Position numbers and translations under genes: made by a program
The notes under the pieces: generated by a model
What the model saw: only the letters and a program-made list of their open reading frames with translations
Databases searched by the model: none
What the model was told of the DNA's origin: nothing
Shown: piece by piece, positions 17,494 to 27,340 of the stretch
How positions within the stretch are numbered: the first letter of the stretch is position 1
Layout: each line of letters starts with the position of its first letter
Assembly (NCBI RefSeq): GCF_025148785.1
Contig: NZ_CP102271.1
Coordinates: 77,434-109,433 of the forward strand
From: Catenibacterium mitsuokai
GTDB lineage: Bacteria > Bacillota_I > Bacilli_A > Erysipelotrichales > Coprobacillaceae
Direction of reading: 5' to 3'
Length of the DNA: 32,000 nucleotides

Positions 17494-18528
17494 ATGATAG
17501 ATAGAACTCTTGAATCACCTAGTAATAATCTGAGTGTCTCAGCATTATGTGATACTGCAGGTGTTTCAAGAAGTGGGTTCTATTCATGGAAGAAACGAAA
17601 AGGTTCCATAAGCGAAAAAGAAGAACAAGACCGTAAGGATTTTGAACTGATTTTAGAAGCATACAGGTTCAAAGGATATGACAAGGGCAGACGTGGTATT
17701 CATATGCGTCTTCTTCACATGGGCATTGTGATGAACCATAAAAAGATTTCAAGACTGATGAAGAAATACGGACTATTCTGTCCAATAAGAAAAGCCAATC
17801 CTGCAAGAAGAATGGCTAAGGCAATGAAAACATCAAATTATGCAGATAATATTCTAAACAGACACTTCGAGGAATATGGTCCTGGATATGTGCTTGAAAC
17901 AGATATTACTTATCTATTCTACGGTCACAAAAGATCTAAAGCCTATCTATCGGTGATAAAGGATGGATTTACAAAGCAGATTCTTGCATATGTATTATCA
18001 CCGTCTTTAGAAGTAGACTTTGTCCTGGAGACAATCAATCAGCTTTACAGTAAACATAAGCATAATATTCACACTGATGCTTTGATACACAGTGATCAGG
18101 GTGTGCATTATACAAGTGTCAAGTTTATTGACTTACTCAAGAGCCTGGAAATCAGACAGTCAATGTCAAGAAGAGGAAACTGCTGGGACAACGCTCCCCA
18201 GGAATCCTTCTTCGGACATATGAAAGATGAGATAGGTAGATATACAGAGAATGCCTGCTCATATGAAGAACTAAAGGAAATAATAGATTCCTATATGGTT
18301 TATTACAACAATGATCGTTATCAGTACAATCTGGCCAAACTTTCACCAAATGAATATTTTGAATATTATATAACTGGTGAATACCCACTAATTCATGTCG
18401 CAAAGGAGCCTGATGAATATAAGGAAAAATTCAGACAGATAAGAAATAATCTTGATAGAAACTCAACGCTCGAGAAATTAGTAGCTATCCTTCAAAGAAT
18501 AACTCATTTCAAACAGTCCATCAGGTAG
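17494..18528 (+). CDS. IS3-family OrfB transposase (DDE integrase core)
   Basis: VLETDITYLFYGHKRSKAYLSVIKDGFTKQILAYVLS..., LIHSDQGVHYTSVKFIDLL, SMSRRGNCWDNAPQESFFGHMKDE. Confidence 0.95.
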   Translation: MIDRTLESPSNNLSVSALCDTAGVSRSGFYSWKKRKGSISEKEEQDRKDFELILEAYRFKGYDKGRRGIHMRLLHMGIVMNHKKISRLMKKYGLFCPIRKANPARRMAKAMKTSNYADNILNRHFEEYGPGYVLETDITYLFYGHKRSKAYLSVIKDGFTKQILAYVLSPSLEVDFVLETINQLYSKHKHNIHTDALIHSDQGVHYTSVKFIDLLKSLEIRQSMSRRGNCWDNAPQESFFGHMKDEIGRYTENACSYEELKEIIDSYMVYYNNDRYQYNLAKLSPNEYFEYYITGEYPLIHVAKEPDEYKEKFRQIRNNLDRNSTLEKLVAILQRITHFKQSIR

Positions 18529-18849
18529 TCTGCGTAAATGACTTCTGATTATATCTATATCATTATTACTTAATGATGCAAAGCCAAAATCATCCATCTT
18601 AGTGAATATAACAGTGCCATTAAAATAACCGTCAGCATCATCTGGAAATGATCTGTAAACAATAGTATGACCAGTATCATATACACTTAAATCCTTTACA
18701 AGAAGATAGACTGATGGATCATCATCAAATATATAATCTCGGTAGTCAAATACACCAAGTTCATTTCTTATGACTTCCTTCATTCTATCTGTTTCCAATA
18801 CACATAAAACTCCATCTTTAATAATTACATATTTACATAGTTTACACAT
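18478..18849 (-). CDS. Passenger ORF of unknown function within the IS3 element, opposite strand
   Basis: 123-aa MCKLCKYVIIKDGVLCVLETDRMKEVIRNELG...; strong AGGAGG SD 9 nt before ATG; inside the inverted repeats. Confidence 0.6.
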   Translation of the reverse strand: MCKLCKYVIIKDGVLCVLETDRMKEVIRNELGVFDYRDYIFDDDPSVYLLVKDLSVYDTGHTIVYRSFPDDADGYFNGTVIFTKMDDFGFASLSNNDIDIIRSHLRRLPDGLFEMSYSLKDSY

Positions 18850-19091
18850 AAAAATATCCTCCTGGTTAATTACACCTAGAGGATATCTTTATTTCTAATC
18901 ATTTTTAAGCGCCTTTTTATTTAATGTCCTTGACTCGGGGTCCACATTATCTATCTATTCGTTACAGCCTTTTAATCTGGCAGGGAATACTCCTAGTTTT
19001 TTAATCATTATGTAAGTGTTGTGTATTTTGATTAGGTTTGATTTATTTAGTTGTTTGATATGATATAGTAGTGTGGAATGGAGAGGTGAAT

Positions 19092-19520
19092 ATGAAGAAA
19101 ATATTAATTTTATTAGTGACAATGATGTTATGTGCCTGCTCACCTGCAGAACCTATGTCACTCAAAGACAGCTATGGACAATACAAACAAGAGAAAATCG
19201 TATATGCGAATAAGAAGGATTACATAAAGAAGAAGGATGCTTATAATGCGTATCTTGTTTATGAAATCAATAAAGATGCATGTACATTTGAAAGTGATTT
19301 AAAGTATCAGAATATCCAGTATAAGAAGGTTGAACTATCAAAAGATGAGAAAGAAAAAGTTCCTGAAGCACTTATCAAATACAACCTTTATGAAGGTGAA
19401 AAACAGTTAGGTATTGCGGTTTACTTAGGTGAAGAAACTGTTTATATTTCTAGCTATGATCAATATGATGGTAAACCTGTATATATTGCGAAAATGAAAA
19501 AAATCACAAAGAAGAGCTAA
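19092..19520 (+). CDS. Small lipoprotein
   Basis: MKKILILLVTMMLCACSPAEP lipobox; ORF-track start (19071) is 7 codons upstream. Confidence 0.65.
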   Translation: MKKILILLVTMMLCACSPAEPMSLKDSYGQYKQEKIVYANKKDYIKKKDAYNAYLVYEINKDACTFESDLKYQNIQYKKVELSKDEKEKVPEALIKYNLYEGEKQLGIAVYLGEETVYISSYDQYDGKPVYIAKMKKITKKS

Positions 19521-19573
19521 AATTTACGAAAAACAGAAAATAAATAATTTTGTTTATATTTAAAGAAAAATTA

Positions 19574-19602
19574 TTGACAAAGTAAAAAAGTGATTGTATT
19601 AT
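19574..19602 (+). promoter_or_regulatory. Sigma-A promoter for the T-box/arg operon
   Basis: TTGACA (19574-19579), 17-nt spacer, TATTAT (19597-19602). Confidence 0.75.
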
Positions 19603-19626
19603 AGACCCAAGTTAAATAAACAAATC

Positions 19627-19846
19627 GATGAACGAGAAGAGTATCTTACAATCACCTACAGCGAGATGACATAGAGTGGAAGGTCATCAGGAAGATATAA
19701 GAGAAACGCACTCGGGAGAGTCTGTTGGAATTGAGTATAACAGAACGTGAATCTGCGTTAATGAAGAGGTGGTTTGTATGATACAAGCAACTAGAGTGGT
19801 ACCGCGTTTATATACGTCTCTGGATTAATCCAGAGGCGTTTTTTGT
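19627..19846 (+). promoter_or_regulatory. T-box leader, likely Arg-specific (candidate specifier CGC at 19707-19709)
   Basis: GATGAACGAGAAGAGTA start, GAAACGCACTCGGGAG specifier region, T-box AGAGTGGTACCGCG (19793-19806), terminator GTCTCTGGATTAATCCAGAGGCGTTTTTT; precedes argG. Confidence 0.92.
19814..19846 (+). terminator. T-box attenuator terminator
   Basis: ACGTCTCTGGATTAATCCAGAGGCGTTTTTTG. Confidence 0.85.
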
Positions 19847-19866
19847 TTATTAAAGGGGTGTTTGAT

Positions 19867-19890
19867 ATGAAGGAACGACGATCTAGTTAA
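19867..19890 (+). CDS. Putative 7-aa arginine-containing leader peptide MKERRSS
   Basis: AAAGGGGTG SD 6 nt before ATG AAG GAA CGA CGA TCT AGT TAA; lies between the T-box terminator and argG. Confidence 0.4.
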   Translation: MKERRSS

Positions 19891-19939
19891 GTAGTGGGGC
19901 ATTAAAATAAAACATCAAACATTAAAGGAGAAGAAAATT

Positions 19940-21163
19940 ATGGAAAAGAAAACATTTAAGAAAGTTGTATTAGCTTATAGTGGAGGATTAGATACTTCAA
20001 TTATTATTTCTTGGTTAAAGGAAAATTATGGCTGTGAAGTTATTGCAGTTGCTGCTGATGTGGGACAGGGTGCTGGAGAACTTGATGGTCTTGATGAAAA
20101 GGCTGCAAAGACAGGTGCTTCTAAATATATTTGTGTAGATTGTAAACCTGAATTTGTTAAGGATTTCTGTTTTGAAGCAGTTAAAGCCAATGCATTATAT
20201 GAAGGTAAATATATGTTAGGTACTTCTCTTGCAAGACCAATTATTGCGAAGAAGTTAGTAGATATCGCTTTAGAAGAAGGTGCAGATGCAATCTGTCATG
20301 GATGTACTGGTAAAGGTAATGACCAGGTAAGATTTGAATTAGCTATTAAAGCATTTGCACCAGATATGCCTATTATCGCTCCTTGGAGAGAATGGGATAT
20401 TAAATCAAGAGAAGAAGAAATCGAATATGCGGAAGCAAGAAAGATTCCTCTAAAGATCAACAGAGAAACAAACTACTCTAAAGATAAGAACTTATGGCAT
20501 TTATCTCATGAAGGTTTAGATCTTGAAGATCCAGCTAATGAACCTAAGTATGATGAAATCCTAGAAATGGGTGTTTCACCAGAAAAGGCACCAGATGTTC
20601 CAACATATATCACTTTAACTTTTGAAAAGGGTGAAGCTGTAGCATTAAATGGTGAAAAGCTTGAACCAGTAGAAATGTTAGCTAAGTTAAATGAAATCGG
20701 TGGTGCAAACGGTGTTGGTATCGCCGATATGGTTGAAAACAGACTTGTTGGTATGAAATCAAGAGGTGTATATGAAACACCAGGTGGAACTATTTTATAT
20801 GCAGCACATCAGAACCTAGAAGAAATTACTGTAGATAAAGAAACACAGCACTTCAAACAGCAGGTAAGCTTAAAGCTTGCAGATAATATCTATAACGGTC
20901 AGTGGTATACACCTCTTACTGAAGCATTACTTGCATTTGTAGATAAGACTCAGGAAAACGTAAATGGTGATGTTAAACTTAAATTATATAAGGGTAATAT
21001 CGTAGGTGCTGGTGTAACATCTCCAGATACATTACATGATTTACAGACAGCATCATTTGATGAAGATGATGATTATGATCAGTATGATGCTAAAGGATTC
21101 ATCACATTATACGGTTTACCAATCAAGGTAAAAGCTAAGTTAGATCAGAAGAAAAAGAAATAG
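19940..21163 (+). CDS. argG: Argininosuccinate synthase
   Basis: [36 protein letters not shown]; [10 protein letters not shown]. Confidence 0.97.
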   Translation: MEKKTFKKVVLAYSGGLDTSIIISWLKENYGCEVIAVAADVGQGAGELDGLDEKAAKTGASKYICVDCKPEFVKDFCFEAVKANALYEGKYMLGTSLARPIIAKKLVDIALEEGADAICHGCTGKGNDQVRFELAIKAFAPDMPIIAPWREWDIKSREEEIEYAEARKIPLKINRETNYSKDKNLWHLSHEGLDLEDPANEPKYDEILEMGVSPEKAPDVPTYITLTFEKGEAVALNGEKLEPVEMLAKLNEIGGANGVGIADMVENRLVGMKSRGVYETPGGTILYAAHQNLEEITVDKETQHFKQQVSLKLADNIYNGQWYTPLTEALLAFVDKTQENVNGDVKLKLYKGNIVGAGVTSPDTLHDLQTASFDEDDDYDQYDAKGFITLYGLPIKVKAKLDQKKKK

Positions 21164-21174
21164 GAGTTTAAGAT

Positions 21175-22557
21175 ATGGTATTGTGGAAAGGTAGATTTTC
21201 TAAAGAATTAAATCATGAAGTCAATGCATTCAATTCATCTCTTTCATTCGATCATCGTATGTATAAGCAGGATATCAGAGGATCTCTTGCTCATGCAAAG
21301 ATGTTATGTAAACAAAGTATTATTGAAGAGAAAGATTATGAAGAGATTGTAGAAGGTTTAAATGCAATTTTAAAAGAGATTGAAGAGGGTACACTTCTCT
21401 TTGATCCTGAAGCTGAAGATATTCATATGTTTGTGGAAAGTGAACTCACAAAACGTTATCCAGTGGCTGGTAAAAAACTACATACAGGACGTTCTAGAAA
21501 TGATCAGGTTGCATTAGATCTTCGTTTATATGCACATGATGAAATTCTAGAAATCAAGAAGATGTTAGTGAACCTGATTCATACATTAACAGATTTAGCT
21601 GAACATAACCTTGATACAATCATGCCAGGATATACACACTTACAAAGAGCACAGCCTATTACTTTTGCCCATCATTTAATGGCTTATGCATCAATGTTTT
21701 TAAGAGATATTGATCGTTTAGAAGATGTTGATAAGAGACTTTATGTATCGCCTCTAGGAAGTGGTGCACTTGCAACAACAACTTATCCATTAGATAGACC
21801 ATTTGTGGCAGAAGAATTAGGTATGTATGATATTATGTATAACTCTTTGGACGGTGTGAGTGATCGTGATTATGCGATTGAGTTATCAAGTGCCTTAGCC
21901 ACAATCATGATGCATTTATCAAGATTCTCAGAAGAAGTGATTCTATGGTGTTCATGGGAATTCAAATTCATTGATCTTGATGATGCCTATGCAACAGGTT
22001 CTTCTATTATGCCTCAGAAGAAGAATCCAGATATTGCAGAATTAGTAAGAGGTAAGAGTGCAAGAGTCATTGGTGATGTGAATACATTACTTACAATGAT
22101 GAAGGGACTCCCTCTTGCTTACAATAAAGACATGCAGGAAGATAAAGAAGCTTTATTTGATGCAATTGATGAAGTCAAGCTTTGTCTTCCAGTCTTTACA
22201 GATATGATGGCAACTATTACTGTTCATAAAGATAAGATGAGAGATGCTGCTGCAAGAGGATTTATTAATGCAACAGATTGTGCAGATTATCTCACTAAGA
22301 AGGGTATGCCATTTAGAGATGCTTATAAGATTACTGGGGAACTTGTAAGATACTGTATTGAACATGGAGAAACATTAGAAACACTTTCTCTAGATGTTTA
22401 TACAGGTTATACAGATATGTTTGGTGAAGATGTTTATCAGGCTATTTCATTAGAAACATGTCTTAACAACAGAGCAGTTGTTGGTGGACCTTCTCCTAAA
22501 ATTGAGATGGAGAATATTCATAGAATCAATCAGAAAGTGAGTGGATATTGTGATTAA
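21175..22557 (+). CDS. argH: Argininosuccinate lyase
   Basis: LWKGRFSKELNHEVNAFNSSLSFD, GRSRNDQVALDLRLY, GSSIMPQKKNPDIAELVRGK. Confidence 0.97.
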   Translation: MVLWKGRFSKELNHEVNAFNSSLSFDHRMYKQDIRGSLAHAKMLCKQSIIEEKDYEEIVEGLNAILKEIEEGTLLFDPEAEDIHMFVESELTKRYPVAGKKLHTGRSRNDQVALDLRLYAHDEILEIKKMLVNLIHTLTDLAEHNLDTIMPGYTHLQRAQPITFAHHLMAYASMFLRDIDRLEDVDKRLYVSPLGSGALATTTYPLDRPFVAEELGMYDIMYNSLDGVSDRDYAIELSSALATIMMHLSRFSEEVILWCSWEFKFIDLDDAYATGSSIMPQKKNPDIAELVRGKSARVIGDVNTLLTMMKGLPLAYNKDMQEDKEALFDAIDEVKLCLPVFTDMMATITVHKDKMRDAAARGFINATDCADYLTKKGMPFRDAYKITGELVRYCIEHGETLETLSLDVYTGYTDMFGEDVYQAISLETCLNNRAVVGGPSPKIEMENIHRINQKVSGYCD

Positions 22558-23578
22558 AGCAGGTATTATTGGTGCAAGTGGTTATGCAGGATGTGAACTA
22601 TTAAGAATCTTATTAATGCATCCTGAAGCAGAAGTAACAGCTATTTCTTCACATAGTTATACTGGTAAGAAGATTTATGATCTTTATCCTAACTTCTATC
22701 AGGTATGTGATTTAGAGTTTATTGAAGATACAGAAGTCATTGAGAAAGCAGATATTATTTTTGCATCTCTTCCTCATGGCTTATCTGAAAAGTATGCCAA
22801 GACATGTGTAGAAAAGGGTAAGAAGTTTATTGATTTAGGGGCTGACTTCAGACTTGATAAAGAAGAAGATTATCAAAAATGGTATGGTTTAGATTATAAC
22901 CTACCAGAACTTCATAAGAATCAGGTGTATGGTTTACCTGAAGTCAATAGAGATAAGATCAAGGATGCCACTATTATTGGAAATCCTGGTTGTTATCCTA
23001 CAACTATTACATTAGGTCTTTATCCATTATTAAAGAATAAACTTAATGTATCACAAAAGATCATTATTGATTCAGCATCAGGTACAACAGGTGCTGGTAA
23101 GAACTTAAGCGATGGTATGCATTTCCCAAGATGTAATGAATCGTTCCATCCTTATAAAGTAGGTGTCCATAGACATACACCAGAAATTGAACAGGAATTA
23201 AGTAAGATGAATGAAAAAGATGTACATATCACATTTGTCCCTCATTTACTTCCTGTAGATCGTGGTATTGTTTCTACTATTTATGTTCCTGTAGATAAGT
23301 CTTTAGAAGAAATCTATGAAACATATGTAGAAGCATATAAGGATGAACAGTTTGTGAGAGTATTACCTCTTGGACAGGTCGCAGACTTAAAGTTTGTGAA
23401 AGCATCTAACTATTGTGATATTTCATTACATATGGATGAACGTGATCATACATTAATTGTAGTGTCTACAATTGATAATATGGTGAAAGGTTCTGCTGGT
23501 CAGGCAGTACAGAATATGAATATTATGTATGGATTCGATGAGAATACAGGTTTAAATCTTGTCGCTCCATCATTCTAA
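22541..23578 (+). CDS. argC: N-acetyl-gamma-glutamyl-phosphate reductase
   Basis: IKAGIIGASGYAGCELLRILLMHPEAEV, GNPGCYPTT, HRHTPEIEQ; GTG start at 22541 or 22550. Confidence 0.96.
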   Translation: MDIVIKAGIIGASGYAGCELLRILLMHPEAEVTAISSHSYTGKKIYDLYPNFYQVCDLEFIEDTEVIEKADIIFASLPHGLSEKYAKTCVEKGKKFIDLGADFRLDKEEDYQKWYGLDYNLPELHKNQVYGLPEVNRDKIKDATIIGNPGCYPTTITLGLYPLLKNKLNVSQKIIIDSASGTTGAGKNLSDGMHFPRCNESFHPYKVGVHRHTPEIEQELSKMNEKDVHITFVPHLLPVDRGIVSTIYVPVDKSLEEIYETYVEAYKDEQFVRVLPLGQVADLKFVKASNYCDISLHMDERDHTLIVVSTIDNMVKGSAGQAVQNMNIMYGFDENTGLNLVAPSF

Positions 23579-23588
23579 GGAGGAAATC

Positions 23589-24803
23589 ATGAAAGATATA
23601 CTTGGTGGTGTATGTGCACCAATAGGATTTAGCGCAAATGGTATTCATGCAGGAATGAGAAAGAATAAATCTAAGAAGGATTTATCTCTCATTGTGAGTG
23701 AGGAGTTATGTACAGCAGCTGCAACATATACACAAAATAAAGTAAAAGGTGCGCCTTTGACAGTTACAAAGCAGCATTTAAAGAATGGTCGTGCAAGAGC
23801 AATTATCTGTAACTCAGGTAATGCGAATACATGTAATTCAAATGGTATTGAGCTTGCGAATGAAGTATGTGCTTTAACTGCAAAGGAATTAGGTTTAAAG
23901 GAAGATGATATTATTGTCGCTTCTACTGGTGTTATTGGTCAGCCTATGTCTATTGATCCTTTTAAAGATCATATGAAAGAACTTGTAAAGGGATTAAATG
24001 TAGATGGGTCTCATGATGCATGTTATGGAATCATGACAACTGATACACAGCCTAAAGAATACGCAGTAGAATTTAAATTAGGGAATGCAAAGTGTCATAT
24101 TGGGGCTATCGCAAAGGGCTCTGGTATGATTCATCCAAATATGGCAACAATGCTTGCCTTTGTAACAAGTGATGTAGCTATTTCTAAAGAATGTCTAGAA
24201 GCAATGGTACATGAAGTTGTAGATGATACATTTAATATGGTCAGTGTTGATGGGGATACATCTACTAATGATATGTTATGTGTATTATCAAATGGTATGG
24301 CACAGAATAATAAGATTGTCTTGAAGGATCAGTCTTATAATATTATGAAGGATGCGCTATATCATATCTGTGAACAATTATCTCGTGGTATTGCGAAAGA
24401 TGGTGAAGGAGCAACTAAGCTTCTTACATGTAATGTCAAGAATGCGAAGACATTACAGGATGCCAAGATTGTTGCAAAGAGTGTCATCACTTCTACTTTA
24501 TTTAAAGCAGCGATGTTTGGTAGAGATGCGAATTGGGGTCGTATCTTATGTGCTATTGGTTATTCTGATGCTGATTTAGACATCAATAAAGTATCCGTGA
24601 CATTGGCTTCATCTGCAGGAGATATTCATGTTTGTGAGAAGGGCATGGGTGTTATCTTTGATGAAGAGAAAGCATTAAAGGTCTTATCTGAAGATGAGAT
24701 TGATATTAATATTGACTTGAATGATGGTATGTGGGATGCAACAGCATGGGGCTGTGATCTTACTTATGATTATGTGAAGATTAATGGGGAATATAGAACA
24801 TAA
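23589..24803 (+). CDS. argJ: Bifunctional glutamate N-acetyltransferase/amino-acid acetyltransferase
   Basis: MKDILGGVCAPIGFSANGIHAGMR..., AKGSGMIHPNMATMLAFVTSDVAI, VDGDTSTNDM; AAGGAGG before ATG 23589. Confidence 0.95.
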   Translation: MKDILGGVCAPIGFSANGIHAGMRKNKSKKDLSLIVSEELCTAAATYTQNKVKGAPLTVTKQHLKNGRARAIICNSGNANTCNSNGIELANEVCALTAKELGLKEDDIIVASTGVIGQPMSIDPFKDHMKELVKGLNVDGSHDACYGIMTTDTQPKEYAVEFKLGNAKCHIGAIAKGSGMIHPNMATMLAFVTSDVAISKECLEAMVHEVVDDTFNMVSVDGDTSTNDMLCVLSNGMAQNNKIVLKDQSYNIMKDALYHICEQLSRGIAKDGEGATKLLTCNVKNAKTLQDAKIVAKSVITSTLFKAAMFGRDANWGRILCAIGYSDADLDINKVSVTLASSAGDIHVCEKGMGVIFDEEKALKVLSEDEIDINIDLNDGMWDATAWGCDLTYDYVKINGEYRT

Positions 24804-25657
24804 TGGAAGAAAGAGAAATATATCGAGCAAAAATCTTATCTGAAGCTGTTCCTTATTTACAGGAATACAATGGTAAGACAGTAGTAGTAAAATATGGTGG
24901 AAATGCGATGATCAATGAAGAATTGATGAACAATGTCATTTCTGATATATGTCTAATGACTTTAGTTGGTATTAATGTGGTATTGGTTCATGGTGGGGGC
25001 CCTGAAATCAATAAGGCATTAAAACGTTCTGGTATAGAATCAAAGTTTATTAATGGGTTACGTTATACTGATGAAGAAACAATTGATATTGTACAAGAAG
25101 TATTGGCCGGTAAAGTCAATAAAAATCTTGTAAAGCTGATTATGAATGGGGGAGGCCGTGCAGTAGGTCTTTGTGGTATTGATAATAAGTTATTAGAGGC
25201 GAAGAAGATTAAAGACGAATTAGGTTATGTAGGCACTGTTACACAGGTGAACAATGAAATCATTAAGGATGCAATCAAGAGTGGTTATATTCCAGTTATT
25301 GCATCTATCGCAATGGATGATGAAGGTAATAGTTATAATGTGAATGCAGATTATGCAGCAGCAGCTATTGCGGATAGTCTAGAAGCAGAAAACTTGATTG
25401 TAGTTAGTGATATTCCTGGTTTATTAAGAGATCCTCATGATGAAAAGACATTGATTCCAGAGGTATCTATCCAGGATGTAGAAAACTTAAAAGCAGAAGG
25501 TATTATTGCAGGAGGTATGATTCCTAAAGTGGATTGTATTACTCATGCATTAAAAGGCAATATGTCAAAAGCAGTCATTATTGATGGTCGTATTCCACAT
25601 TCTATTCTTATTGAAATATTATCTAAGGATGGTAGTGGTACACTATTCACAAGATAA
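24803..25657 (+). CDS. argB: Acetylglutamate kinase
   Basis: VVKYGGNAMINEELMNNVISDICLM, VLVHGGGPEINKAL, GIIAGGMIPKVDCITHALKG. Confidence 0.97.
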   Translation: MEEREIYRAKILSEAVPYLQEYNGKTVVVKYGGNAMINEELMNNVISDICLMTLVGINVVLVHGGGPEINKALKRSGIESKFINGLRYTDEETIDIVQEVLAGKVNKNLVKLIMNGGGRAVGLCGIDNKLLEAKKIKDELGYVGTVTQVNNEIIKDAIKSGYIPVIASIAMDDEGNSYNVNADYAAAAIADSLEAENLIVVSDIPGLLRDPHDEKTLIPEVSIQDVENLKAEGIIAGGMIPKVDCITHALKGNMSKAVIIDGRIPHSILIEILSKDGSGTLFTR

Positions 25658-25683
25658 CAGAGTTACATCTGTTATCTTTTTTT
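25652..25683 (+). terminator. Rho-independent terminator of the arg operon
   Basis: AGATAACAGA-GTTACA-TCTGTTATCT followed by T run. Confidence 0.85.
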
Positions 25684-25687
25684 TACC

Positions 25688-25695
25688 TCTAAAAT
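25688..25695 (+). repeat. Left target-site duplication of the ISL3 element
   Basis: TCTAAAAT, same as 27341-27348. Confidence 0.8.
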
Positions 25696-27340
25696 GAACC
25701 TTTAATTTTTAAGGGGGGTCAATAAAAAACTCGCTTTAAATATTTGGGGGTTTCCACTTGTAAAGGGCAGTCAGAAATGACTGCCCTTTAGTGCGCTCAT
25801 ATTACTTCTATTTAAATGTTTTATTAGTTCTTTTTCTTATAAGATCCTCTCTTTTTTCCTTCTCTTTTGATTGTTTCATCAATAGCGTAAGAGGAAGGAT
25901 TAGAGGATTTATTAAGAGAGTACATTAGTCTATTTCTCATTCTTGCAAAGTTCTGATATCCACATGCATTTGAAAGTATCTTATCTATTCTGGAGTTGAT
26001 TCCTTCTACTGGTCCATTAGATATTCTTCGACCATATACTAAATTAAATGATGCGCATATTTCATCGAACCAGTTTATAAGCGTTCCAGATAATGATATG
26101 TAGCCAGTAATTCCTGATGATGCATATTCTTGAATTATTCTTGAAAGCCATTCTCTGCAGTTGCCAGATGTTGCATAATGATTAAAGGCTATATACTGTT
26201 CCTTTAGATTATATGCTTCTGTTAGTTCATCATCTATGCCCAGGATTATTTCAAGCAGTTGATGATAGTCTATATATCTTTTAAGCTTTTTGTTGTATCT
26301 TGCCTTGTTGAACGGAATATCATTGTAGTTTTTCAATATAAGGAAGTGAAACTTTTTGAGAAGATAATATTCAGTACTGTCTTTTTGGTATCTTTTGCCT
26401 ACTTTAATTCTGATATCATCTAATATTTTGTTGATATTTTTTATGACATGAAATGAATCGCATAACAATACTGCCCCAGGAAAGTATTGATTTCTTACAA
26501 ATCTGTACGTCTCATACATATCAATAGAGATATATTTGACTTTAGCGAGTTCTTTTTTATCGATTATCTGAGTATAACTTGACCATGCCTTCTTGGTTCT
26601 TCCATCAATGATATCTACAATTTCCATGGTCTTAAAATTAAGAATAACACACATATATTTGTTTTGTCCTTTATGTCTCCAGTGCTTCTCATCAATGCAT
26701 ATAATCTCAGGTAAAGGTTGTCTACGTATCTGGCCATACTTATCGAATATTTCAACGACTTTAGTAGGACTTGTGTTAAAAAATCTAGCAACCAGTGAAA
26801 AAGTAGTTGTAGGTTCTTTAAGTTTATTCATGATTTCCAGTTCTGATGTTTGAGATAATCTACTATGACTTTTTTCTGTAAATGGATTTCCTTCTGTCAC
26901 TACCTTATTACATTGGGGACATACTAATCTTCTCTTTTTAAGTATTAGAGAAGTGTTCTTGCCTCTTATCATGTTATGCATGACTTTACATTTTCTATAG
27001 TCCTTAATATTCATTCTGCTGCCGCATTCTGGACAGGAGATAATGGTTCTCTTAAGCGTGATACAATAAATCACTTCTTTTTTATTAATTTCAATCGTAT
27101 GAGACTGTACAAAGGATTCATAATCCCCTAAAATAATTTTTAGATCATTATTCAATTTGTGATCTCCTTTCGCTTTGATTTAATATGAGCAAATTAATGA
27201 TACAGCGAAAGGTTTTTAATTACACAAAAATACCTAAAAAAGTGGGAGCCTTAGGTGACCCCCACAGATTTAAAGGTGCTGTTTCCAAGACCCCCAAATA
27301 TTTAGAGCGATGGTCTGACCCCCACAAAAATTAAAGACCC
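25696..27340 (-). mobile_element. ISL3-family insertion sequence
   Basis: Ends GAACCTTTAATTTTTAAGGGGGGTCA / GGGTCTTTAATTTTTGTGGGGGTCA (rc); subterminal CGCTnTAAATATTTGGGGG on both ends; flanked by 8-bp duplication TCTAAAAT (25688-25695 and 27341-27348). Confidence 0.88.
25824..27155 (-). CDS. ISL3-family transposase
   Basis: CPECGSRMNIKDYRKCKVMHNMI...RLVCPQCNKVV, ICIDEKHWRHKGQNKYMCVILNFKTMEIVDIIDGR, SIDMYETYRFVRNQYFPGAVLLCDSFHVIKNINK, GPVEGINSRIDKI. Confidence 0.95.
   Translation of the reverse strand: MNNDLKIILGDYESFVQSHTIEINKKEVIYCITLKRTIISCPECGSRMNIKDYRKCKVMHNMIRGKNTSLILKKRRLVCPQCNKVVTEGNPFTEKSHSRLSQTSELEIMNKLKEPTTTFSLVARFFNTSPTKVVEIFDKYGQIRRQPLPEIICIDEKHWRHKGQNKYMCVILNFKTMEIVDIIDGRTKKAWSSYTQIIDKKELAKVKYISIDMYETYRFVRNQYFPGAVLLCDSFHVIKNINKILDDIRIKVGKRYQKDSTEYYLLKKFHFLILKNYNDIPFNKARYNKKLKRYIDYHQLLEIILGIDDELTEAYNLKEQYIAFNHYATSGNCREWLSRIIQEYASSGITGYISLSGTLINWFDEICASFNLVYGRRISNGPVEGINSRIDKILSNACGYQNFARMRNRLMYSLNKSSNPSSYAIDETIKREGKKRGSYKKKN

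Larger units (their letters stand above)
16917..18973 (+). mobile_element. IS3-family insertion sequence with imperfect ~60-bp terminal inverted repeats
   Basis: Left AAAAGGCTGTAACG...TGGACCC...AAGGACA...AAAAAGG vs reverse complement of right AAAAGGCTGTAACG...TGGACCC...AAGGACA...AAAAAGG; contains orfA/orfB. Target duplication not resolved. Confidence 0.85.

Noticed and set aside
16897-18906. 11-bp direct repeat TAATCATTTTT (16897-16907 and 18896-18906) as a possible IS3 target duplication
   Set aside because: The right copy lies inside the region of terminal inverted-repeat homology, and IS3 elements make 3-5 bp duplications, so this is probably coincidental AT-rich similarity.
25762-25789. 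Strong hairpin at the ISL3 left side as a standalone ncRNA terminator
   Set aside because: No promoter and no T tract on either strand; it is within the IS boundaries and more likely an internal IS feature.
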